DNA of 64,000 nucleotides from Candidatus Omnitrophota bacterium (GTDB lineage: Bacteria; Omnitrophota; Gorgyraeia; 2-02-FULL-51-18). The stretch spans positions 15,046 through 79,045 of the forward strand of contig CAMDWQ010000006.1 of NCBI GenBank assembly GCA_945877765.1. The letters run 5' to 3'. Shown here in pieces: positions 56,597-64,000 of this stretch (position 1 is its first letter; the number at the start of each line of letters is the position of its first letter). A program made the position numbers and the translations under genes. Under the pieces are notes generated by a model. The model was given only the letters and a program-made list of their open reading frames with translations. It made no database searches and was not told the DNA's origin.

Positions 56597-56633
56597 GCGT
56601 TCATTGTAACAATCCAACCGTAAAACGCAATAC

Positions 56634-56680
56634 AAAAAACCCCACCCATACAAACCCTACGATTTGTATGGGTGGGGGTT
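56634..56680 (-). terminator. Rho-independent terminator
   Basis: AACCCCACCCATACAAA / TTTGTATGGGTGGGGTT 17 bp stem with a T run on the minus strand. Confidence 0.85.
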
Positions 56681-56696
56681 TATCCTCGGTCCTGAA

Positions 56697-56837
56697 TTAT
56701 TTCAGGCTAAACAGTTTGGTGCCGAATACGACAGCCAAAATGACGATGACGCCGAGGTGGGGTGCGAGCGGTGTCGTAAACACCAGACCCACAACAATAC
56801 CAATCAACATCCCCGCAAGAATATCGGATTTAATCAT
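56697..56837 (-). CDS. Small (46 aa) two-TM hypothetical protein
   Basis: GGGGGTG SD before MIKSD; fully hydrophobic hairpin; followed by its own terminator. Confidence 0.6.
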   Translation of the reverse strand: MIKSDILAGMLIGIVVGLVFTTPLAPHLGVIVILAVVFGTKLFSLK

Positions 56838-56999
56838 CTGAATCACCCCCTTCAAGGAGCAAAGCTTTGATGACTCTGTTTCGATAGGCATCCCTCCTTT
56901 TTGTCATGAACCACTATAGAAAGTATAGTGTTGCGCCTAGGAAATACAATGGCAAGATGAGATTTGCTTAAGAGTTTATAGGGTTTAAGTAACTTTTGC

Positions 57000-57887
57000 T
57001 TAGATGTGCTTAATCAACCAGCCGGAAATTTTCTCGAAAACAGCCTGCCTCTGAACCTCATTCAAGAGTTCGTGGTACCAACCATCATAAAAATGAAGCT
57101 CCTTATCAGCGCTGGAAAGCCTTTGGTAAAAAAGCTGAGTTTTTGGCTTAGAAACAATGCGATCGTCCCCCGCCTGAAGAATAAGCATGGGGGTTTGAAT
57201 CTGCGGGGCTGTCTTGAAAGCCTCAGTAATTCCTTGCAAAAATTCGGTGTATAAACGGGCTGATATTTTAGAATGAATCAGAGGATCCTGCTCGCGCAAC
57301 AACCGCATATCGGGGTCGTGTGTCAGAAACTCTGTCTTCACACCGCTATTTTGTGTGAGCGTCGGCAGCAGGAGCGAGGCCGTTTTGGCGAGTAGAGACT
57401 GCCAGATGGGGATCGGCAAAGCAACGCCAAGGAGAGGTGAAGATAAAATAAGACCCTTGAGATGAACAGGCCGGCACTGCTTTAAAAAAAGCACCGTTAG
57501 GAGACCGCCAAAACTGTGGCCCATTAAAAAAATAGGGACTCCCGCATGAGCTCTTTCTGCTAGCCCATACAAAACCTTAAAATCTGCTTTATACTCCCAC
57601 AGACCGTCGGTGTATCCCCGCTTGCCCCCACTCTCTCCAAACCCACGCAAGTCGGGAATCCAGCATTCAATGCCCAGGGAAGAAAAAAAACAAGCCGACG
57701 GAAGATAGCGGCCTCCATGCTCCCCCAATCCATGAATCAAAAATAAAATGGCTTTTGGCTGCCCCTGAGAAGCAACCTTTCGATAAAAAATAACGTTTTT
57801 ATCATACGCAATAAAACGATGCTCAGAAAAAGTCTCGCCGCTGGAGGCTGCTTGGTCCATTTCAGGATCGACCGGACGACGCATCAA
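57000..57887 (-). CDS. Lysophospholipase/monoacylglycerol lipase (alpha/beta hydrolase)
   Basis: HGLGEH..RY, DLRG.G.S.G.RG, GHSFGG, D..V, YHEL.NE. Confidence 0.93.
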   Translation of the reverse strand: MMRRPVDPEMDQAASSGETFSEHRFIAYDKNVIFYRKVASQGQPKAILFLIHGLGEHGGRYLPSACFFSSLGIECWIPDLRGFGESGGKRGYTDGLWEYKADFKVLYGLAERAHAGVPIFLMGHSFGGLLTVLFLKQCRPVHLKGLILSSPLLGVALPIPIWQSLLAKTASLLLPTLTQNSGVKTEFLTHDPDMRLLREQDPLIHSKISARLYTEFLQGITEAFKTAPQIQTPMLILQAGDDRIVSKPKTQLFYQRLSSADKELHFYDGWYHELLNEVQRQAVFEKISGWLIKHI

Positions 57888-59680
57888 TCTCTTGAATAGG
57901 TACCAGAATAGAAAGGCAGAAGACGATCTTTATAACGAGAATAGACTACCTCACGACGTACTTTAAGCGTCGGCGTAAGCTCGCCCGATTCTTGACTAAA
58001 GTCGTTCGGTTCTAGGGCGAAGTATTTAATTTTTTCATAAGATGAAAAATCCGTCATGGCAGCCTGAACTCGAGAGTCCATGAATTCATAAATTTTCTGG
58101 TCCTTAAGAAGCTCTTCGTAGGTGGTATAAGCCATTTTTTGAGTCTTGGCGTAATCGAGCAATTCCTGCTTGTTGGGTACAAGAATGGCGGTGATAAACT
58201 TCATCCCCTCTCCAAAAAGAACACAGCGCAGAATATAAAGATCTTTTGACAGAGCTTCTTCGATGGGCTGGGGTGATACTTTTTTGCCGCCCGAGGTTAC
58301 GATGAGGTCTTTTTTTCTGCCGGTGATCGATAGAAAACCATCGCGGTCAATTTTGCCCAGGTCGCCGGTATAAAACCAGCCGTTTTTCAAAACCGCTTCT
58401 GTTTCCTCGGGCTTTTGATAATAACCTTTCATGACGCATTCACTTTTGGTCAAAATCTCCCCGTCTTCGGCAATCTTAACCTCCACTCCCTCTAAAGGGA
58501 CGCCAACGGTTCCAAAGCGCCACTGATTCTCCCGGTTGACGCTGATCACCGGCGAAGTCTCCGTCAACCCGTATCCCTCATAAATCATCACTCCTAGATC
58601 ATGAAAAAATTCGGCAATCTCTTTGGCTATCGCCGCTCCACCCGAGACACAAAAACGTAGACGCCCGCCCAAGCGCCGACGAAAAGTTTTGTAAACTAGC
58701 TTCTCCGCTAAACGTTCTTCCCAGACTGAAAATAGATTCTTTTTCCGGCTTCCCATTCGCTTGGCTTCGCCAATTTCTTTTGCCCAGAAAAAAAGAGCTT
58801 TTCGGACGGGGCTTGCTTTTTTAACAGCTTCCAAGACTCGGTGTTGAATTTTTTCATAAAAACGCGGCACGCCCAAAAGAAACGTCGGATTCACTTCTAA
58901 AATATTTTTTGAGACAGAGTCAAGATCTTCGGCGTAAGCAATCGTCGCCCCCAGATAGACCATCAGATAATAACCGGCCGTTCGTTCAAACACGTGGCAA
59001 AGAGGCAAAAAAGAAAGGTGCAAATCGTTCTCAGTCATACGCAACGTATCGCGGCAGGCAACTACATTGGCAATAAAATTACGGTGCGTCAACAAAACTC
59101 CTTTGGGCGAGCCTGTGGTGCCCGAGGTATAAATAATACTGGCAATAGCATCCCCAGTCACGGCTTGGGCCAACGCGTCAAGCGCTGTATTCAATTTTGT
59201 TTTGACCAGGTCCCGCCACAAAAAAAGAGGTGTCAAGCTGTCTGGCTTAGAGGCCAAGAGAGAAGAATCAAACGCAATAACGCCTTTGAGATTCGGCAGA
59301 TCTTTCTGGATGGGGAGGATTTTTTCAAATTGCGTCTTATTGGATAACACCAGAAGCGCCGCGCCCGAGTCCGATAAAATATAGGCGGCTTCGGCGGACG
59401 TTAGTGACGGGTAAATAGGAACCGTGGCGATGCCTACCAGTTGCGCGGCCAAATCTGCCATCGCCCATTCGGGCCTATTTTCTGAATAAATAGCAATGCG
59501 ATCCCCTGTCTTAATTCCCATAGACAAATAAGCCGAGGCCATGGCGCGGATATCTTTAGCGGCCTCTTCCCAGACGATCGGTTCAAACTGACCGTCAACT
59601 TTACTCAAGAAAGCGGCTTTTTTGGGCAGTCTTTGGGCTGAATCTAAAAACAAACGGCCAAGATTAAGTGGTTTTTGCAT
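57884..59680 (-). CDS. fadD: Long-chain fatty acid--CoA ligase
   Basis: IYTSGTTGSPKG, SFLPL.H..ER, GYGLTE, TGDLG, GRKKD, TPTLK. Confidence 0.92.
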   Translation of the reverse strand: MQKPLNLGRLFLDSAQRLPKKAAFLSKVDGQFEPIVWEEAAKDIRAMASAYLSMGIKTGDRIAIYSENRPEWAMADLAAQLVGIATVPIYPSLTSAEAAYILSDSGAALLVLSNKTQFEKILPIQKDLPNLKGVIAFDSSLLASKPDSLTPLFLWRDLVKTKLNTALDALAQAVTGDAIASIIYTSGTTGSPKGVLLTHRNFIANVVACRDTLRMTENDLHLSFLPLCHVFERTAGYYLMVYLGATIAYAEDLDSVSKNILEVNPTFLLGVPRFYEKIQHRVLEAVKKASPVRKALFFWAKEIGEAKRMGSRKKNLFSVWEERLAEKLVYKTFRRRLGGRLRFCVSGGAAIAKEIAEFFHDLGVMIYEGYGLTETSPVISVNRENQWRFGTVGVPLEGVEVKIAEDGEILTKSECVMKGYYQKPEETEAVLKNGWFYTGDLGKIDRDGFLSITGRKKDLIVTSGGKKVSPQPIEEALSKDLYILRCVLFGEGMKFITAILVPNKQELLDYAKTQKMAYTTYEELLKDQKIYEFMDSRVQAAMTDFSSYEKIKYFALEPNDFSQESGELTPTLKVRREVVYSRYKDRLLPFYSGTYSRD

Positions 59681-59694
59681 CGACCCCTCCTTTT

Positions 59695-61782
59695 CTAGGC
59701 ATTCTGTTGGGCGACCAACGCCTTGATTTTGGGAAGAAGCTTCATCGTCTCTTCTTCCCCCCTTTTGATAAACGGAGCCGGCTTGTAAAATTCAATCCAG
59801 CTGGCACTGGCAAGAATCGGCCGAATTAAAACATCAGCCTCTTCCCCTTTAATTTCTGCAATCTCAGATTCCATGTACTGTATCGTATTCATTAGAATAT
59901 CAACCACATTGGGAACAAACAAACGGTGCAAGCGTTTTTTGATGCGATAGATAAGGCGAATAAAAAAGTTTTTACGACGAACGGCTTGCTCTTGTCTTTG
60001 AGCTAAGTCCTCCAAATAAAGGCGCTGTTCCAGCGTGTCTTTAATCGTGGGGAATACATTCACCGCAATGACCTTGTGCACACCCGCGTCATGCAGAGCT
60101 TTAATGGGTAGTGGATTTAGGATGCCGCCGTCAACAATCGTATCCCCACCAATAAAGACCGGTTTAAAAACAGCGGGGATGGCAATTGAAGCGCGGACGG
60201 CCTCCTCGATCATCCCCGAATCAAAAATAATGGAGTCTCGAGTCGAAAGGTTCGTGCCTGTAATTTTTAAGGGGATGCGACAACTCTCAAATGTTTTATT
60301 TTCCAAATGCCGGCTTAAATGCCTCATGATTCCGCGGCCATTCAAAAAACCACGCACAGGATAAAGGCTGATATCCAGCAATCGAGTCAGCAGTAACCGC
60401 GGGGTAATCCCCATAGCAATTTTTTCAATTTCGGAGGCATCCTGGCTAACCGCGTAAACCGATCCAATCAGAGCGCCGACGCTCGAACCCGCAATGACAT
60501 CAATGGGTATTTTTTCTCTTTCAAGCACTTTGAGCACGCCGATATGAGCCAATCCAAACGCCGCTCCACTGCCAAGCACAAGACCCACCAGATTGTTACT
60601 GACAAAACGAGCGATATGACGAACCACTCGCGAATACTCAGCCTCTGGCGAATACACTACCACCGGCTCTTTGGGCGGATCCTCATCGCTAAAGAATGGC
60701 GGAGCCGCGAGAGAGAAGCATCTCTTTTTTGAAAAAAGTTCTTGGCGGACGAGATTGGTTGTACGGACGCCAAAAAAAATTTCTCTCATCACAACCGCCG
60801 TGCAACCTTCGGAAGCAGGAATTAATTTTTCGACATCCGCCATCGCTTCCTGCGTCTGCCGGATATTGTTCATGTGGCTGTCTGTTACAAAAAAAATGAA
60901 GTCCGATTGAGTAAGCGTTTTCAAAACCAAAGAGTTCATTTCGCTTGGCAGGTCAATCAGGATAAACCGATACTCAATTGCTAGATGATTGAGGATAGCG
61001 ATCATCGCTTTTTCGGACTGGCCCTCTACTTCCTCCACCGAAAGACTTAAAACATCAAACTCCGCTTCATGCCGGATGCGGTGAGGCGCAATTGAATCTG
61101 ATTCGGAATGCCCAAAATTATCAAATCCTGTCAGCGGTGCCTTCTTGATGGTCTCAAAACCGGGCATACTATCCGACTCGTCAGATCCCAAATCAATCAA
61201 AATTGTTTTCTGATGAGTTTCGTGAAAAAGGCTGGCTGCTAGATTGACAGAAAAGTGAGCGCGCTCATTTTTGGGCTGGTGGCTATAAACAGAAAAAACA
61301 TCACTTCGAAAAAGAGTTTTAGCGCGCGAATTGTCGCCGCGTAGACGATGGCTTAAGCGACGGCTAAGTTCTAGGGAAATCGTGGCGTTATGTTCGATCG
61401 TGCGCTCGAAATCGTCTTTTTTGAGCTCTAGAACCAAGGAGTCCGAAAGAGCTCTAAGAGTCGCCGAATGCGGCTGGCGCGTTAAAAGCGACATCTCCCC
61501 AAAGTGATCTCCCCGCCGCAAATAAGCCAGAATTTTCTTTTTTTCCAGCGAAGCCACAAAAGCCTCAAACCGTCCGGATACGACCACATAGAAGCTATCC
61601 GCCGGGTTTCCCTCACGGTAGACGGTTTCATCCCGCTTAAACTCTACCAAACGCATCAGCTGGCTGATGGATTTTAACTCCCACTGGCTTAAACCAGCAA
61701 ATAGAGGGCACTGCCCCAAGATTGAAACTTTATCAATTTTTTGAAACGGTGAGTGGGACTCCTGAGCGTGGGTTGAGTCCAT
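59695..61782 (-). CDS. Cyclic-nucleotide-binding domain + degenerate MinD/ParA-fold + patatin phospholipase
   Basis: CNB (FGEMSLL...SAT.RA); middle VNLAASL...ILIDL...FILIDLP; patatin GSGAAFG, GSSVG, DGG. Confidence 0.9.
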   Translation of the reverse strand: MDSTHAQESHSPFQKIDKVSILGQCPLFAGLSQWELKSISQLMRLVEFKRDETVYREGNPADSFYVVVSGRFEAFVASLEKKKILAYLRRGDHFGEMSLLTRQPHSATLRALSDSLVLELKKDDFERTIEHNATISLELSRRLSHRLRGDNSRAKTLFRSDVFSVYSHQPKNERAHFSVNLAASLFHETHQKTILIDLGSDESDSMPGFETIKKAPLTGFDNFGHSESDSIAPHRIRHEAEFDVLSLSVEEVEGQSEKAMIAILNHLAIEYRFILIDLPSEMNSLVLKTLTQSDFIFFVTDSHMNNIRQTQEAMADVEKLIPASEGCTAVVMREIFFGVRTTNLVRQELFSKKRCFSLAAPPFFSDEDPPKEPVVVYSPEAEYSRVVRHIARFVSNNLVGLVLGSGAAFGLAHIGVLKVLEREKIPIDVIAGSSVGALIGSVYAVSQDASEIEKIAMGITPRLLLTRLLDISLYPVRGFLNGRGIMRHLSRHLENKTFESCRIPLKITGTNLSTRDSIIFDSGMIEEAVRASIAIPAVFKPVFIGGDTIVDGGILNPLPIKALHDAGVHKVIAVNVFPTIKDTLEQRLYLEDLAQRQEQAVRRKNFFIRLIYRIKKRLHRLFVPNVVDILMNTIQYMESEIAEIKGEEADVLIRPILASASWIEFYKPAPFIKRGEEETMKLLPKIKALVAQQNA

Positions 61783-61788
61783 GCAGAC

Positions 61789-62151
61789 TTACGAGTTTTT
61801 GAGGTAACGCCCGATAAACTGTTCCAAACGCTTTTGATCGGCTGGTTTGGTGTTGGAAAAATAAATAGCCACAAGATACCGCCCGGTACGCAAATCTTTG
61901 TCTTTGCGCACCAAAACACCCTTCATATGTACCGATTGACGCTTCCCCGAGCTGCCAGCCGGTAATTCAAGCCCAATGGCCAACTGACTCATCATAGGGA
62001 TATCCTTGTCGACGACACACATCGCGCCACTGCAGGAAATATTGATGGTAATGGCTTGGATATCGTAACCCCGGTGCCCGATCTTAAAAAGAAGAGGCTC
62101 TGATATGCGTACTGAGCGGCGTCTTTCTGCGACCCGCTTGGGGAGACTCAT
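61789..62151 (-). CDS. PilZ domain protein
   Basis: ERRRSVR and NISCSG. Confidence 0.88.
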   Translation of the reverse strand: MSLPKRVAERRRSVRISEPLLFKIGHRGYDIQAITINISCSGAMCVVDKDIPMMSQLAIGLELPAGSSGKRQSVHMKGVLVRKDKDLRTGRYLVAIYFSNTKPADQKRLEQFIGRYLKNS

Positions 62152-62155
62152 GAGG

Positions 62156-62416
62156 TCATCCTGCTGCTTTTTCAGTCGAGGCGGATGAAGCGACGGTGGC
62201 GGCAGCTGCCGCTTCCTTGGCTTTTAGTGCTTTTTCCGCGTTGGTCGCGACAAACAACCGATGAGCCTGTTTGTTAGCAAAATATTTTCCGTCCCGGTAG
62301 TACCAGTCTTTACGGCGAATTCTTTTATTACTTTGTGCACAGTTGGTGGGCTTAACCTTCTTAATCTTACCCTTTGCTTCAACCGCTGCTTCCTGCTTCT
62401 TAACTTCGTCTGCCAT
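62156..62416 (-). CDS. Small basic hypothetical protein (degenerate TRASH/YHS-like)
   Basis: GGAG SD before MADE; NCAQSNKRI...WYYRDGKYF. Confidence 0.6.
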   Translation of the reverse strand: MADEVKKQEAAVEAKGKIKKVKPTNCAQSNKRIRRKDWYYRDGKYFANKQAHRLFVATNAEKALKAKEAAAAATVASSASTEKAAG

Positions 62417-62584
62417 TGCGCTACACTCCATTTCTAAACATTTAAGGGGTTAACCTCCTCACCCGGACCCCAAATCGAACACGCCAGGGAAACCGAAAGG
62501 AGGTTTTTCACACCATATTAAACACTTGCCCCCCAAAATCAAGACTAATCTTTGCTCTCACAGAAACCACCGACCGCCCAAAAA

Positions 62585-62935
62585 TTAGCCGATAGCCACC
62601 GAGTAGACATAATCTAAAATTTTATTTAAATCGGAAGGGTCTACATTTTGAAAACGGACACCCGCTTCACGCGCAGGATTATGCTTATCTTTAGTAGCAG
62701 AAGCCCAAACGACATCCCCCACCACACAAACCGCATCCTCCAGATAAGGGACTTGAATCTGAATGCGAATCAACTCGCCTACACGGACCGGCTCCTTGAC
62801 AATCAGGCTCAATCCACCAATGCTAATGTTTTTTATGCACGAGCTAAAAGCTCTTTGCTTTTTATGCTTCTTGATTAGACTGTATTCAACTGGCAGCGGA
62901 GCCCGCAACCGTATAAATTTTCGATTTTCAATCAT
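62585..62935 (-). CDS. PilZ domain protein
   Basis: ENRKFIR and NISIGG; GDVVW, GVRF. Confidence 0.9.
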   Translation of the reverse strand: MIENRKFIRLRAPLPVEYSLIKKHKKQRAFSSCIKNISIGGLSLIVKEPVRVGELIRIQIQVPYLEDAVCVVGDVVWASATKDKHNPAREAGVRFQNVDPSDLNKILDYVYSVAIG

Positions 62936-63359
62936 GCGTATGTTTTTTTTCGGCAGCTGTTTTTTTGGTAGTTTTGAGCCACTCGCGGTAGACGTACTCC
63001 AGCACCCGCATACGATCCGCCTGGTTGATCTTGGTCAAGCGCACACCAGTGTCAAAGCCATCCGCCCAGGCCACCTTACCCGTTGCAAATACTGGCAGGT
63101 TATCGCCAGGGACATTCATTTGGATTTCAAGCGCGGTTCCCACTGGAACTTGGTCCTTCATACCAATCCTTAGCCCTTCCTTGCTCAAGTCCTTCGCCAG
63201 AGCCTTGCCAAAAAGAGGGTTTAATGTCAGGGTTTTATACTGGATATCAACTGGCGTGTTAAAGCGCAGATACTTTCGCCGCTCGTTCATCTGCTCCTGA
63301 TGAGTTGGTTTTTTATTTATCTCTGAGTGGGGCCCGGCCTCTGCAGGATGTTTGGTCAT
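62928..63359 (-). CDS. PilZ domain protein
   Basis: ERRKYLR and DLSKEG; GKVAW. Confidence 0.9.
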   Translation of the reverse strand: MTKHPAEAGPHSEINKKPTHQEQMNERRKYLRFNTPVDIQYKTLTLNPLFGKALAKDLSKEGLRIGMKDQVPVGTALEIQMNVPGDNLPVFATGKVAWADGFDTGVRLTKINQADRMRVLEYVYREWLKTTKKTAAEKKHTHD

Positions 63360-63367
63360 CGTCAGCT

Positions 63368-63559
63368 CTAATCGTTTTTAAAATAGTGAATCAGGTCGCT
63401 CTTTAAAAAACGGTAGTTGTCGCCCACTTTGCGCCCCGGTATTTTCTTTGCCTTTACCAGTTTGTATAGAGTTTGACGGCTAATGCTTAAAAAATCACAA
63501 GCATCCTCAGTTGTAAGAGCCTTGTCACTACCCCTATCCAACAAAACATTTTTACTCAT
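63368..63559 (-). CDS. Excisionase-like (HTH_17) DNA-binding protein
   Basis: LT..DAC.FL.IS..TLY.L......PG.KVG..YRF...DL. Confidence 0.88.
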   Translation of the reverse strand: MSKNVLLDRGSDKALTTEDACDFLSISRQTLYKLVKAKKIPGRKVGDNYRFLKSDLIHYFKND

Positions 63560-63719
63560 TTTTTTGTCCCCTAATTCTTTCTGTATCAACGAAGATCCAT
63601 TAGAGCAAAACCCGAAATCATTGTCAATAGATTATTATATTAGTTAATTAAGGTTAATCTTAGTAAACAAAAATGGTTTAATTGTGCGGGAGTCAAAAAG
63701 AAGCTAGAATGCAGCCGCT

Positions 63720-63757
63720 CAAAAAAAACCCCACGGGCGAATTGATGCCCGCAGGAT
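63720..63757 (-). terminator. Rho-independent terminator
   Basis: Minus strand CCTGCGGGC...GCCCGTGGGG followed by a T run. Confidence 0.75.
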
Positions 63758-63774
63758 TATTAAAACTGCTTTAT

Positions 63775-63999
63775 TTAGAACACATATTCAGGTTGGAGGA
63801 TGGGCTGGTAATCTTGTGGCAGGGGAAACGGAAAAGTCACGATTTCATAAAGACCTCCCCCCGTACGAACGATGGACATTCCCACGCCCCTTGCCAAACC
63901 TAGCGTGAGTCCGGAGAAGGCATTATCCTCTACGCTGGTATTATAAATATTCTTCGGCAGTTCAACCCAGCCAGTAAGGGTGTTGGCAACTCCGCGGCC
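63775..63999 (-). CDS. Partial (3' part) TIGR04073 family exosortase system-associated protein
   Basis: Not in ORF track: GRGVANTLTGWVELPKNIY...G...G.A.G......RT..GLYEIVTFPFPLP..Y.PIL.PEYVF*. Confidence 0.85.
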   Translation of the reverse strand, partial: GRGVANTLTGWVELPKNIYNTSVEDNAFSGLTLGLARGVGMSIVRTGGGLYEIVTFPFPLPQDYQPILQPEYVF

Positions 64000-64000
64000 C

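Noticed and set aside
59695-61782. Patatin as a CBASS (CapV-like) antiphage effector
   Set aside because: No CD-NTase or Cap genes nearby; the neighbours are lipid-metabolism genes.
63368-63559. Excisionase as a prophage/ICE boundary
   Set aside because: No integrase, att repeat or phage genes; flanked by host-type genes.
63682-63903. 73 aa plus-strand ORF and the other short antisense/overlapping ORFs in the track
   Set aside because: Shadows of well-supported genes on the other strand or frame; no motifs.
1-64000. CRISPR array, rRNA, transposase, retron/RT or DGR
   Set aside because: No regularly spaced repeats, rRNA signatures, DDE/HUH transposase or reverse-transcriptase motifs were seen.

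Overview
A 64 kb stretch of core bacterial chromosome. Gene content (many stand-alone PilZ genes, TIGR04073-like paralogs, split Rieske/cytochrome b with a multiheme c subunit) suggests Candidatus Omnitrophota or a PVC relative; this is inference only. Genes run almost all on + up to ~43.35 kb and all on - after ~43.65 kb. A dif-like XerC/D site (43528-43555) lies at the switch, so the window probably spans the replication terminus. Contents in order: fch-folD-metF C1/folate genes; a small AT-rich island (secreted orphan, RHH/RelE toxin-antitoxin pair, MITE-like inverted repeat); panB-ccsA-hemACDBL; tRNA-Met; tilS, rpsU, rmuC; an unusual PC4 / membrane CBM / ParA-CBM48 / NUDIX cluster; a Rieske-cyt b-octaheme-cupredoxin-CtaAB-SCO respiratory cluster; divergent gshB/gshA; nadE, folE, mdh-sucCD; a c-di-GMP-I riboswitch-controlled secreted metalloprotease; and a PilZ / cNMP-patatin / FadD / lysophospholipase lipid operon. 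The best candidates for an undescribed system are the ParA-glycogen-binding fusion cluster and the cyclic-nucleotide-linked lipid operon. All calls come from reading motifs by eye; no database searches were run.
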